Origin: a virus
Taxonomy: Duplodnaviria > Caudoviricetes
Virus record (IMG/VR): IMGVR_UViG_3300031451_000011
Coordinates: 1 to 29,375 of that record
DNA length: 29,375 nt
Reading direction: 5' to 3' (one strand)
Shown one piece after another: positions 1 to 8,823 of this stretch; position 1 is the stretch's first letter, and each line of letters begins with the position of its first letter. The position numbers and the translations under genes were made by a program. The notes beneath the pieces were generated by a model. The model was not told where the DNA came from. It saw only the letters and a program-made list of their open reading frames with translations, and made no database searches.

Positions 1-603
1 CGTGCCGTCGCCGTGGCTCAAGCGCGGCGTGCGTTGCGGGTAGACCGCCGCCCCGCCACCGCCGCCCCCGCCCGCCGCCGGCGTCATCCAGACAAGGTGG
101 TGCGTGGTCGGGTCCACGGTGAGCACCTGGCCGTCCGCGCCCTTGCCGAGGCGGGTCGGCGCGCCGCTCGCCCCGCCGATGATCAGATCGTCCGGCGCGG
201 TCATCGGGCTCGCGAAGCCCCCGCCACCGCCGCCGCTCGGCGCGGGCTTGTACGTCTGATCGCCGTAGAGGATCGTGGTCGCGTCGGCAACGCCGCTCCC
301 GAGGCGGACGGGCGCGAGGACGCCGCTCGTGAGGTCGGCGGCCGCGTGCTGGTGGACGGTCGCCGCCTTCGTCGCCAGACCCGGCACGGTCGGGTTCGGG
401 AAGTTCCCGCCGAGATCGCCGCCCGCCGCGCCCGATGGTGCGCCCGCCGCCGCCGTGTTGATCTGCCAGGCCGCACCGTCGTACTGATATTCGAGCTGCG
501 AATCGGTCGCGTAGTAGACCGCGTTGGTGACGAGGCCGCTACTGCCCGCCGCCGGGCGCGCGGACAGCAGCCCGCGCCCCTGAATCTGTGCCACGGTCGT
601 CAA
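1..603 (-). CDS. Tail fibre-like protein, partial (runs off the left edge; not in the ORF track)
   Basis: Own translation: TTG start at 603 overlapping the upstream stop, with GGAGG RBS; MTTVAQIQGRGLLSARPAAG...YYATD...YDGAAW...SGAAGGDLGGNFPNPTV...HQHAAADLTSG...GADGQVLTVD; fibre-type repeats and Gly linkers. Confidence 0.75.
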   Translation of the reverse strand, partial: MTTVAQIQGRGLLSARPAAGSSGLVTNAVYYATDSQLEYQYDGAAWQINTAAAGAPSGAAGGDLGGNFPNPTVPGLATKAATVHQHAAADLTSGVLAPVRLGSGVADATTILYGDQTYKPAPSGGGGGGFASPMTAPDDLIIGGASGAPTRLGKGADGQVLTVDPTTHHLVWMTPAAGGGGGGGAAVYPQRTPRLSHGDGT

Positions 604-1142
604 TTGGTCACCTCCGCATAGATAAAGTCGTGGCCCGCGTAGATCGGATCTGGCCCGAGGTCGGCGGCGGTGATCTGGTCGGTCGGGAGGCCCCCGCTCA
701 CGAGGATCTCGGTGTGCTTGGTGTAGGTCGCCGTGCCGCCGCCCGCGACCGTGCCCCAGGCGGTGTCGTAATTCGCCGCGCTCGCCTTGATCAGCGCCTG
801 TCCGGTCGCGCCGCCCACCGGTACGCCCACGCCCGCAGGACCGACCGCTCCCGCCGTGATGTCGGCGCGCATGTCGTTGAGCGCGCCCGCCGTGGCCCCG
901 TGCGCGACGATCGCGCCCGCCGCGTGCGCCGCCGCCGCCGTCCCCTCGAGCCCCCGCGTCACGGTCAGGACGTTGCCCGCCCGCGCCGTGACCCGCATGA
1001 TCTCGGTGCCGCAGATCACCCGGTAGGGGTACGACACCGGGAACTCCTGCGCGGGCGTGACGACCGTCAGCGTCGTGGCGGCGGCGGTGCAGGCCACGGC
1101 CAGCGTGGAGCGGCTTCGATCGGCGAAAAACTCAGCAGGCAC
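600..1142 (-). CDS. Minor tail / fibre-associated structural protein
   Basis: N-terminal EIMRVTARAGNVLTVTRGLEGTAAAAH motif typical of virion proteins, followed by a GGATGQALIKASAANYDTAW fibre motif; position in the tail module. Confidence 0.7.
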   Translation of the reverse strand: MPAEFFADRSRSTLAVACTAAATTLTVVTPAQEFPVSYPYRVICGTEIMRVTARAGNVLTVTRGLEGTAAAAHAAGAIVAHGATAGALNDMRADITAGAVGPAGVGVPVGGATGQALIKASAANYDTAWGTVAGGGTATYTKHTEILVSGGLPTDQITAADLGPDPIYAGHDFIYAEVTN

Positions 1143-1654
1143 TACCGACCCCCCTCTCCGAGCGTCAGCGGGAGCGCGCTACCATCCCCGATCGTCCAGT
1201 TCAGCATCGACGCGAGCCCCGTCGTCCCGTCCGCCGCTGTCCCAGGACCGACGCCCGGTGCTCCACCGGGCACCAGCGCGCCGCCCGACGCCTGCGCCGG
1301 GTAGCCGAGGCCGGAACCGCTCGCGCCGGGCGGCACGTTGTACGGCTCGACCTGATAGTTGCTCGCCACCACGACGAGCTGCGCGACCCCCGGCGCGACC
1401 GCCTGATAGAAGACCAGTCGCCCGACCCGTATCGCGCTCGGCAGCGGGTAGAGCGCCTGCCGCTGCACCCCGTCCACGCGCAGGGCGACGGTCGGTGTCC
1501 CGCCCGCCAGCCCGGTATCGGCGAGGATCAGCGCTTCGCCGATCGGGTTCGGTGCGCGGAGGCGGTCGAGCAGCGCCCGCGCCAGCCGGTCATACGCCGC
1601 GTCGCGCGCCGCCCCGGTCGCCCCGATGATGTCCTGCGGGATCGTCGCGCTCAT
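1142..1654 (-). CDS. Minor tail protein (hypothetical)
   Basis: Coupled to both neighbours; beta-rich N-half and Gly/Pro-rich C-half; tail-module context. Confidence 0.6.
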   Translation of the reverse strand: MSATIPQDIIGATGAARDAAYDRLARALLDRLRAPNPIGEALILADTGLAGGTPTVALRVDGVQRQALYPLPSAIRVGRLVFYQAVAPGVAQLVVVASNYQVEPYNVPPGASGSGLGYPAQASGGALVPGGAPGVGPGTAADGTTGLASMLNWTIGDGSALPLTLGEGGR

Positions 1655-1869
1655 GCGCGCACCCCCTTCCCGACCACCGCGAGCACCGCCAGCCCGCCCT
1701 CGGCGTCCCCCGCCAGGAGGACGCGATCCCCGACTGCCGGGGTCACGGTCGCGGCGTTGAAGCGCAACGGGTCCACATAGACGCGCAGGCGGCCCCCGCC
1801 GACCGCCGCCGTGGCGTAGCCGTGCGGGTCAGGGGTCGTGGCGATGGTGGCGTAGCGCAAACCGTTGAT
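1651..1869 (-). CDS. Small minor tail protein, OB-fold-like (start uncertain: ATC at 1869 or TTG at 1860)
   Basis: TPAVGDRVLL...LAVLAVV motif; GGAGG lies 8 nt before the in-frame ATC and 17 nt before the TTG. Confidence 0.6.
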   Translation of the reverse strand: MNGLRYATIATTPDPHGYATAAVGGGRLRVYVDPLRFNAATVTPAVGDRVLLAGDAEGGLAVLAVVGKGVRA

Positions 1870-1891
1870 TTCTGCACCCTCCCGGCCCCTG

Positions 1892-3598
1892 TCAGGGCGC
1901 GATCAGCCCATCCGCGAACCACCGCCAGGCATGGCCCGGCGTCACCGTCGCCCCGTCCGCGATCGCGGTCCACGTCGCGCCGTCCCTGCGCCAGAGGGTC
2001 GCGGTCGTCCCGGTCGCGTTGTACGAGCCGATCCCCGCCGCGAGGTAGCGCACCCCGCCACTCGCCGCCAGGCCACTCGTCGGCGGGGGCGGACTGGCGG
2101 CACCGCCGCTATTCAACTCCCCGACCCACGTCGCGCCGCCATCGGTCGAACGGAAGATGAGCGGGGTATTCGGCACGTAGAACGGGGACACCGGGTTGTC
2201 GCACGCGAACAGCAGATCGCCGTTCGTGTCGCGGTAGAAGCGGCTCGCGCTGTCCGCGTAGGCCACCGAGGGGTAGGTGCGGTTGCCGACCCGCATATCC
2301 CGCCCCGCCGCGATGCTGCCCCCCGTCGTGCGGTCGTCGGTGCCGACGAGGAGGTGGGTCGCCCAGGCGTGGCGCGCGTCGGCGTCCCCGCTCAGCGCGG
2401 GGTACCAGTAGGCGATGAAGCCGCTGCCGTCCGTCTTGCGGATCACGTCCGCGCAAACAAAGTCGTCGTACCAGTAGTCGCTATTCGCCGGTTGCGCCTG
2501 GGGATCGGATGCGGGCGTCACGAACCGCGTGTAGCCCTCGTAGTGCAGCGTATAGCCGCCCGGTCGCAGCGGCCCGAGGAACGTGGCCCCGCCGTCGAAC
2601 GAGGTAAAAAAGCCCTCTTTGCTGGTGATCGTCAGGATCGCGGGGTCGACCGGATCGACCGCCATGCGCCACCAGCGCGCCCGACCGGTCGGGATCGAAT
2701 AGAAGCCGGTCCCGATGAACGCGCTCGGCGTGTGGCTCGGTTGCGTGGCCCGCAGCGTCCACGTCACCCCGCCGTCGGTCGAACGGCTCAGGCTCAGCCC
2801 GTCGTCGTGGATGCAGTAGGCGACCGCGCCCCCCTGGCGGAACTGGCGCACGGCGCGCAGCGCGGCGAAGTCGGCCCACGTCGCGCCCCCGTCGTCGCTC
2901 ACCAGACAGTTGATGCACCCCGCCTGGAGGTAGCGCCCGTCCGCCAGGGAGGACGGGCGAGAGGTGGGATAGCCCGTCGTGGTCTGGGTGTCGTCGGCGG
3001 AGCTGAGACCGTCGGGGCCGGGTACCCACGCGAACGCCCGCGCCCCGACCGTGGCGAGGGGCAGGCGGATATTCGTGTTCGTATCGCGGAAGGTGCCGCC
3101 GCCGAACAGCGCGGTATTGGTGTACGTCGCGCCATCGCCGTACCCGGTCGGCCTGTTGGTCCCCTCGGGCATGTACACCACCGAGCGGTCCCAGACCGCG
3201 CGGGTGATCGGGTGCGGCTGCGTCGTCCAGACCCCGCCGCTGAACCGCACCAGCGCGTAGACGCCTTTCGTGGTGGCGTCGAGCGCGGAGAACAACAGGA
3301 CGCCGCCAGCCACCGGCGCTTGCGGGAGCGCGAGCCAGGGCGCGGTCGCTTCCGGCCCCGTCCTGACGCATTGCAGGAAACTCCCCACGGCGGGCTGCGG
3401 GCCGTCGCGGTAGATGGCCAGTTTCCGCGCGCCTTGCATGTCGATGGCGACCCACGAATCCCCGACCGCCGACCAGCGACTGTTGTCAACCACCTTGTAT
3501 CTGCCGAGCGGGCGCAGCGGGTCGTGCCGCTCCGTCAGCGTGGCGACGAAGCGCCGCAGGGCCTCGTCCGGGGCGAAGCGCCCGATCTCCTGGCTCAT
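1892..3598 (-). CDS. BNR/Asp-box repeat beta-propeller tail protein (candidate receptor-binding protein)
   Basis: Four S-x-D-G-G-x-T-W/F boxes (SDDGGATW, STDGGVTW, SFDGGATF, STDGGATW) plus degenerate copies; follows the hub-like gene. Confidence 0.75.
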   Translation of the reverse strand: MSQEIGRFAPDEALRRFVATLTERHDPLRPLGRYKVVDNSRWSAVGDSWVAIDMQGARKLAIYRDGPQPAVGSFLQCVRTGPEATAPWLALPQAPVAGGVLLFSALDATTKGVYALVRFSGGVWTTQPHPITRAVWDRSVVYMPEGTNRPTGYGDGATYTNTALFGGGTFRDTNTNIRLPLATVGARAFAWVPGPDGLSSADDTQTTTGYPTSRPSSLADGRYLQAGCINCLVSDDGGATWADFAALRAVRQFRQGGAVAYCIHDDGLSLSRSTDGGVTWTLRATQPSHTPSAFIGTGFYSIPTGRARWWRMAVDPVDPAILTITSKEGFFTSFDGGATFLGPLRPGGYTLHYEGYTRFVTPASDPQAQPANSDYWYDDFVCADVIRKTDGSGFIAYWYPALSGDADARHAWATHLLVGTDDRTTGGSIAAGRDMRVGNRTYPSVAYADSASRFYRDTNGDLLFACDNPVSPFYVPNTPLIFRSTDGGATWVGELNSGGAASPPPPTSGLAASGGVRYLAAGIGSYNATGTTATLWRRDGATWTAIADGATVTPGHAWRWFADGLIAP

Positions 3599-4782
3599 CA
3601 GACCGTTACCTCATCGAGCGTGTACCGCGTGATCATGGTGCGCTGGTCGGCATTGATGGTGTAGGCGATCTGCCGGATCACAAATCGCTTGGCCGTCCAG
3701 ACGATGCCCCGCTGCGGGATCGTCGTCGTCACCGTGACGAGATCCCCGATGTCGGCCTTGAAGATGATCCCCGCCGTGATGGTGACGTTGCGCCAGGTGC
3801 GCCGCTCGTGCGCGTAGACGAGCGGGGCCAGCGCGTCGAGGCTCGGCTGATCGTCGTAGCGCAGCCCGGAGAGGGTCAGGCGCGAGCCGGTCGCGGTCGG
3901 CGCACCATCCGTCGGGTAGCGACTCACGAGCTGGTCCTGATAGCTCGTCTGCGCCACCAGATTGACCGAGGCGACGAGATCGGGGCGTTCCTGCGGGCCC
4001 GGATCGATGCCGTAGATCATGTCGTCGGAGAAGTCGAGCACGGGCGTCGGGAACGGATAGGCCGCGCCCGCAAGGTTCGGGTGGCTCGTGATGACGAACT
4101 GGTCGTCGCGCCGGCAGAAGACCCAGGGCTCGGGCAGCGCGCTGGCGGCCAGCCCCTTGATGATGCTCAGGATGTCACTCGCCGAGGTCGAGAGCTGATA
4201 CAGGGTGATCGCGGGCAGGGCGATCGTCACGCCGCTGCGAGGGGTCAGGTTGGTGTGGTTGAAGATGAAATGATGGATGGCGTCCGCGAGCGCGAGCGGC
4301 GCGAGGTGGCTGGCGCTCGTGTACCAGTCGATCGCGTAGGAGAGCTGCGACTGTTGCAGGAAGCGGTGCGAGGTCGCGACCACGAATTGCGTCAGGTCGG
4401 CCCCCGCCGTCCGTTGCGGGTGGACATCCTGCATGTAGCCGCGCAGGAGCGTCACGGCGGGCTGGGGCGCGTTGGAGTAGTAGGCGGTCCCCGCGATCGT
4501 CACGCCGTAATAGGCGGCGAATGTGGCCGGGTAGCGCGCGATGGCGAACGGGCACGTCCAGCCGTTGCCGTCCACGCTGCCGCTCAGGGGGCCGAGCGCG
4601 GTAATCCCGTCGAACTCGGCCACGGTGACGGACGCCGCGATGTCGGATGCGGGCGGCGCGGCGGTGTCATCGCCGAATTGGTCCACGTCCATGACCTGGA
4701 AGGCGCGCGGCGAGAAGAGGCTGAATTGCAGCCGGTAATCGCTGGTTGCATGTCCCAGCAGCATCGCATCAGGTGTCGGCAT
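3598..4782 (-). CDS. Tail hub / Tal-like minor tail protein
   Basis: 394 aa downstream of the Dit-like gene; C-terminal ADIGDLVTV...FVIRQIAYTI motif typical of gp27-like hub proteins. Confidence 0.6.
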   Translation of the reverse strand: MPTPDAMLLGHATSDYRLQFSLFSPRAFQVMDVDQFGDDTAAPPASDIAASVTVAEFDGITALGPLSGSVDGNGWTCPFAIARYPATFAAYYGVTIAGTAYYSNAPQPAVTLLRGYMQDVHPQRTAGADLTQFVVATSHRFLQQSQLSYAIDWYTSASHLAPLALADAIHHFIFNHTNLTPRSGVTIALPAITLYQLSTSASDILSIIKGLAASALPEPWVFCRRDDQFVITSHPNLAGAAYPFPTPVLDFSDDMIYGIDPGPQERPDLVASVNLVAQTSYQDQLVSRYPTDGAPTATGSRLTLSGLRYDDQPSLDALAPLVYAHERRTWRNVTITAGIIFKADIGDLVTVTTTIPQRGIVWTAKRFVIRQIAYTINADQRTMITRYTLDEVTV

Positions 4783-5252
4783 CAGTCGGTATCCTCGCCA
4801 TAGAGATCGGGCCAGAGCGGGCGGTTATCGGGTCGCATGGGCGGGATGATGGAGTCGCCGCCGCTGTTGACTTCCTGTCCAGGGCGATCGGGGATAATGC
4901 CCCTAGGTCGAGGATCGGCGGGGTGCTGTTGGTTGCGCGGAATCTGCGCGCCGCTCCCCGCTGTCGGCTTCGGGTTGTGCCACGAAAACCACTCGCCGGT
5001 TGTCACCCATTGCCGGTCGATAGGTTGATAGCCGCCACCACCGGCGTGACGATACGCCCTACGTTCGCCACAGGTCGTGCAATGCTCGTAGAGGTATACC
5101 CCCGTATCCTTGACCGTCGCCCACCGGTGGAAGGGATGCGCCAACCACAGGCGGAATCGCTCGAATAATGACAAGCGGTGCGGCGGCAACAGTTCGCCTG
5201 CACGGTCAGGAATGAGGCGCTCATCTCGTAGCACCTTTGCCGGCCCTGTCAT
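4782..5252 (-). CDS. Hypothetical protein with H-x2-H...C-x2-C motif (inserted, moron-like)
   Basis: Start reassigned to ATG 5252 (ATGA overlap with the upstream stop); HPFHRW...EHCTTCGERR; visibly more A/T-ending codons than its neighbours. Confidence 0.6.
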   Translation of the reverse strand: MTGPAKVLRDERLIPDRAGELLPPHRLSLFERFRLWLAHPFHRWATVKDTGVYLYEHCTTCGERRAYRHAGGGGYQPIDRQWVTTGEWFSWHNPKPTAGSGAQIPRNQQHPADPRPRGIIPDRPGQEVNSGGDSIIPPMRPDNRPLWPDLYGEDTD

Positions 5253-5689
5253 CCCAACGCCCCTTGTCCCGGATACACGCATTTCAGCAGCACGAGCGAC
5301 GAGCCAACGAAGACACCGGGCGGCGACCACTTGCCGCGCCGGGGCCAGGCCATGAAAGCGGTGAAGGTGACGTATTTGCCCGCCTGATCGGGATCGGGCC
5401 AGGTCACCGTGATCCGCCGCTGGTCGCCGACGAGCGCGAGCTTGCTGTCGAAGAGCGTCCTGAGCGCCTGCCACTCGTCGATCGTCATCCAGTCCCAGGT
5501 CAGCGTGCGGTTCGGCAGGCCCATGAACGCGGGCGCTCCGCTCAGGTAGGTGCCGACCTGGGGCGGCTCCGTCTCGTCCAGATAGGTCGGCGTCGGGATG
5601 TTGAGTTGCCCGTCGAGGATGATGTCCGCCCCGATCGCCACGCCCTGGGGGACGTAGGTGCCGAGGGCCGGGATCATGCGACCGCTCAT
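5249..5689 (-). CDS. Distal tail (Dit)-like protein
   Basis: 146 aa just downstream of the TMP; RTLTWDWMTIDEWQAL...ITVTWPDP resembles small Dit proteins. Confidence 0.6.
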   Translation of the reverse strand: MSGRMIPALGTYVPQGVAIGADIILDGQLNIPTPTYLDETEPPQVGTYLSGAPAFMGLPNRTLTWDWMTIDEWQALRTLFDSKLALVGDQRRITVTWPDPDQAGKYVTFTAFMAWPRRGKWSPPGVFVGSSLVLLKCVYPGQGALG

Positions 5690-5826
5690 CGGCTCTGCTC
5701 CTCGGCGGGCGGTGGTTCTTGCGACAAGGCCACGATGATTCGTTCGTAGATGCGGGTCACGATCGCCGCATCGCTGGCCCCATAGACATTGACCGGCTCA
5801 CGTTTCACGGTATCTGTGTTCGTCAT
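5686..5826 (-). CDS. 46-aa micro-ORF between TMP and Dit (not in the ORF track)
   Basis: Own translation MTNTDTVKREPVNVYGASDAAIVTRIYERIIVALSQEPPPAEEQSR; ATGA overlaps at both ends fill the gap exactly. Confidence 0.6.
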   Translation of the reverse strand: MTNTDTVKREPVNVYGASDAAIVTRIYERIIVALSQEPPPAEEQSR

Positions 5827-8606
5827 GCCGCACTCACCCTATCTATCGCCGCCGTCAACTTGTCGAGGAAGTCGGCCTCGCCGACGCCGTAGGCGTTGAT
5901 GTGATAGGTCGTCGGGGCTTTCAGTTCGGTGAATCCCGCGCCCCCTCCGCCCCCTCCGCCGCGCCCCGGACCTGTCGCGCCCGACCCGTCGCCGTAGCCG
6001 GAATCGACCGTGCGATCGTGCGTCGCGCCGGGGATCGCGCCCCCGCCGTCGTCGTAGCCGGAATCAACGGTGAGATTGTGCGGGACGTTCGGCACGATGT
6101 GGAAGTTGCCCGCCGCCGCCAGTTCGGTGTTGATGGCCTTGATGGTATTGAGGACGGTGTTCGCCTCCGTCACCTGCGCCTGCCAGAACGTCAGGGAGTC
6201 GCGCGCCGCCGTGACCGAATCGGTGTCCGCCGCCTGGCGGTCCTGCCAGAACTGCGCGGTCGCGGTCGCCACCTCCTGCAAGTCCACGATCCGCTGTGCG
6301 TCGTCGTCGTGGCGGGTTTTCGCGGCGAGGGCCGTGGTATCGATCACCTTCTGCCCGGCCTCGATCTGGGCCTGGAATCCCGCTTGCACCTGCGCGTTGT
6401 GCTCGGCCTGCTTCGTGATCTGCGCCTGCAAGGATTGGATTTGCGCCGCGCTGGCATCGCTCGCCTGTTTCGCCTTGTCCGCGATCCCCTTCTGTGCCTG
6501 GGTCAGGCCGTAGTTCTCGACCGTGGCGCGCTCGCGCTCCAGGTCGATCTGTGGCTTGGTATTGCGCTCGATCTGGGCGCGCTCGCGGCGCAGGGTCGCG
6601 GCCTCGCGCAGGTCGTTGACATCGCGCGACTTGCCGATCTCGGCCAACCGCTCGTCGATCGCCAGGAACTTCACGTCGCGCTGATGTTCGAGTTGCCCGA
6701 CGATCTGGTTGTTGAGGTCGATCTGGCGCTGTAGCTCGTCGTTCTGCGCCTTGTAGCCGAGCGCGACCGCCGCACCCTGCTCCTGCGCGTCTTTCAGCGC
6801 GGTATTCAGCGGGACCAGCGCGGCCACGCCCCCCGCCGCCGCGTCCTTCTGCGCGGCCCCGAGCGCCTTCTGCGCCTCGGTCAGGCCCGCGATGTTCGCG
6901 GCCTCCGCTTTGTCGGCCTCGGTCTGGTTGCGCTGCGCCTCGGTGATGCCGCGTTGCAGTTCGCGCCCCTCGCGCGCCCCCTCCGCGGCGTCCGCGCGCT
7001 GTTGCTTTTCCGCCGCGTGCAGATCGTCCGTGACTTCCTTCACGCGCCGCTTGTTGGCGGCGAGCACCGCATAGTCGGTGACGAGTTCGCGGACCCCGCT
7101 CGATTCCCCACCGAGCGCCGTTTGCAGCGCGGCCCACGATTCGTCGCTGGCGGCCCCGGTACGCGCGATCTCGTCCGCGACTTTCGCGAAGAGCGGCGCG
7201 AGTTCCTTCAGCTTGTCGTTGTCGACTTTGCCGTCGGGCGACGACGCTTTCAGCCCATCCTCGACCACCTTTTTGAGGTCGCCGTAGATCGTCAATCCTT
7301 CGGGATTCAGCCCCTGCACGTAGGCCGTCAGGAGGTCGGACCCGTACCCCTTCGCCTTGTTTTTCGCGGCGGGATCGTCGAGTGATTCGGTCGCCGCCGC
7401 GACGACTTTCTTCCCGTCATTCTTCGCGCCCGCCGCCGCCTCGTCGGCCAGGCGGTGCCGGTTGGCGATCTGCTCATTGAGCCACTTCGTCATCGGGTCG
7501 TCGGCGCTGCGGTCGTTCGGGATGTCGCGCAGCGTTTCCAGCAGTTTCGTGCCGAGGTCGGCCCCGGCACTACCGGAGAGCTGGTTGACCTTCGTCAGGA
7601 TGTCGGCGAGTCCCTGGAACTTCCCGGTGAGCGCGTTGATCGCCTCGTTTTCGCCCTTCAGCGCCGGGACGATCACGGTATTGACGCCGACCGCGAGATC
7701 CTTCCCCTCCTTCGCTAGTTCGGCCAGTGCGGGCATCAGCAGCGTGCCGACCGTGATCTTCATCCCCTCGAAGGCTTCGTTCATGTCCTTGTGGGCGAGG
7801 CCGTACTGTTTCACGGCGGCCATATTGTCGCCCGTCAGGGTCAGGCCCAACTCCTTCGCCGTCGCCATCAGTTCGGTGATCCCCGCCGCGCCCTGGTTGA
7901 GGATCGGCAGCATGTCCTTCCCGCCGCGCCCGAAAAGCGACATCGACAGCGCGGTTTTCTCCACGCCATCGGGCATGGCCTTGAAGCGGTCGGCGACCTT
8001 GAAAAGGGTCGCGTCCATCGGGAGGAGGTTGCCGTGCGCGTCGCGGAAGTCCACGCCGAGCGCTTTCATGCTATCGCCGAACTTCTTGCCGCCCGCGATC
8101 CCCTCGTCCTGGGCGAGCTGGTAGCCGCCCATCTGCTTCGAGAAGAGGCCGAGTTCCTTCGACGCCTCCGCGCCGTCAACGCCGAACCGCTTGAATACGG
8201 CCAGGAGGGCGCTCGTTGTCTCGACGCTGAGTCCGGTTTCCCGCGCGAGCTTCTTCGTCTCCCCCGCGAGGGTGATCACGCTCCCCGTCGCCTCTTTGCC
8301 GACCACGACGAGCGCGCCGAGCCCCGCCACGGCCGCAGCGGCTGGTCCGGCGAGCGCGGCCAGCCCGCCCCCGCTCGCCAGTCCGCCCGCCGCCTCGCCC
8401 GCCGTGCCGATCACGCCCGAGGCCAGGCCACCGATCTTGGAGAGGTCGAGGCCGGACGCGGACGACGCGAGGCCGAGCAGTTTGCTTTGCAGCCCGCCGA
8501 ACGACTTTTCGAGCTGCCCGACCTGGGCCTCGGTCTTCTGGAAATCGGCCCGCGCGTTCGAGCCGTCCCCGACCGTTTCTACCCGAAGCTGCGTTTTATT
8601 CACCAT
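5823..8606 (-). CDS. Tail tape measure protein
   Basis: 927 aa, Ala/Gly-rich and helical; ALGVDFRDAHGNL...LFGRGGKDMLPILNQG TMP motif; follows the tube and chaperone genes. Confidence 0.93.
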   Translation of the reverse strand: MVNKTQLRVETVGDGSNARADFQKTEAQVGQLEKSFGGLQSKLLGLASSASGLDLSKIGGLASGVIGTAGEAAGGLASGGGLAALAGPAAAAVAGLGALVVVGKEATGSVITLAGETKKLARETGLSVETTSALLAVFKRFGVDGAEASKELGLFSKQMGGYQLAQDEGIAGGKKFGDSMKALGVDFRDAHGNLLPMDATLFKVADRFKAMPDGVEKTALSMSLFGRGGKDMLPILNQGAAGITELMATAKELGLTLTGDNMAAVKQYGLAHKDMNEAFEGMKITVGTLLMPALAELAKEGKDLAVGVNTVIVPALKGENEAINALTGKFQGLADILTKVNQLSGSAGADLGTKLLETLRDIPNDRSADDPMTKWLNEQIANRHRLADEAAAGAKNDGKKVVAAATESLDDPAAKNKAKGYGSDLLTAYVQGLNPEGLTIYGDLKKVVEDGLKASSPDGKVDNDKLKELAPLFAKVADEIARTGAASDESWAALQTALGGESSGVRELVTDYAVLAANKRRVKEVTDDLHAAEKQQRADAAEGAREGRELQRGITEAQRNQTEADKAEAANIAGLTEAQKALGAAQKDAAAGGVAALVPLNTALKDAQEQGAAVALGYKAQNDELQRQIDLNNQIVGQLEHQRDVKFLAIDERLAEIGKSRDVNDLREAATLRRERAQIERNTKPQIDLERERATVENYGLTQAQKGIADKAKQASDASAAQIQSLQAQITKQAEHNAQVQAGFQAQIEAGQKVIDTTALAAKTRHDDDAQRIVDLQEVATATAQFWQDRQAADTDSVTAARDSLTFWQAQVTEANTVLNTIKAINTELAAAGNFHIVPNVPHNLTVDSGYDDGGGAIPGATHDRTVDSGYGDGSGATGPGRGGGGGGGAGFTELKAPTTYHINAYGVGEADFLDKLTAAIDRVSAA

Positions 8607-8823
8607 CGGCCCCCCCGAGCGTCAGGTCGAGGTCGAGGACGCGCAGGGCGCACACGTCGCCCCAGGTCAGGGTGCGATCCTCCCGGCTGGCCGCGACCCA
8701 GTACAGCCCCGCTTGCAGCGCCAGGGAGGGCGTGGCGAAGTCCACGGCCAGAAGGTTGAGTCCGGTCGCCTGCTCGATGGCAACCGCCTCCCCCACGGTC
8801 AGGCTGTTCGGATCGAGCCGCAT
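8596..8823 (-). CDS. Tail assembly chaperone-like protein
   Basis: 75 aa directly before the TMP; LTVGEAVAIEQATG...GLYWVAASRED pattern. Confidence 0.65.
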   Translation of the reverse strand: MRLDPNSLTVGEAVAIEQATGLNLLAVDFATPSLALQAGLYWVAASREDRTLTWGDVCALRVLDLDLTLGGADGE

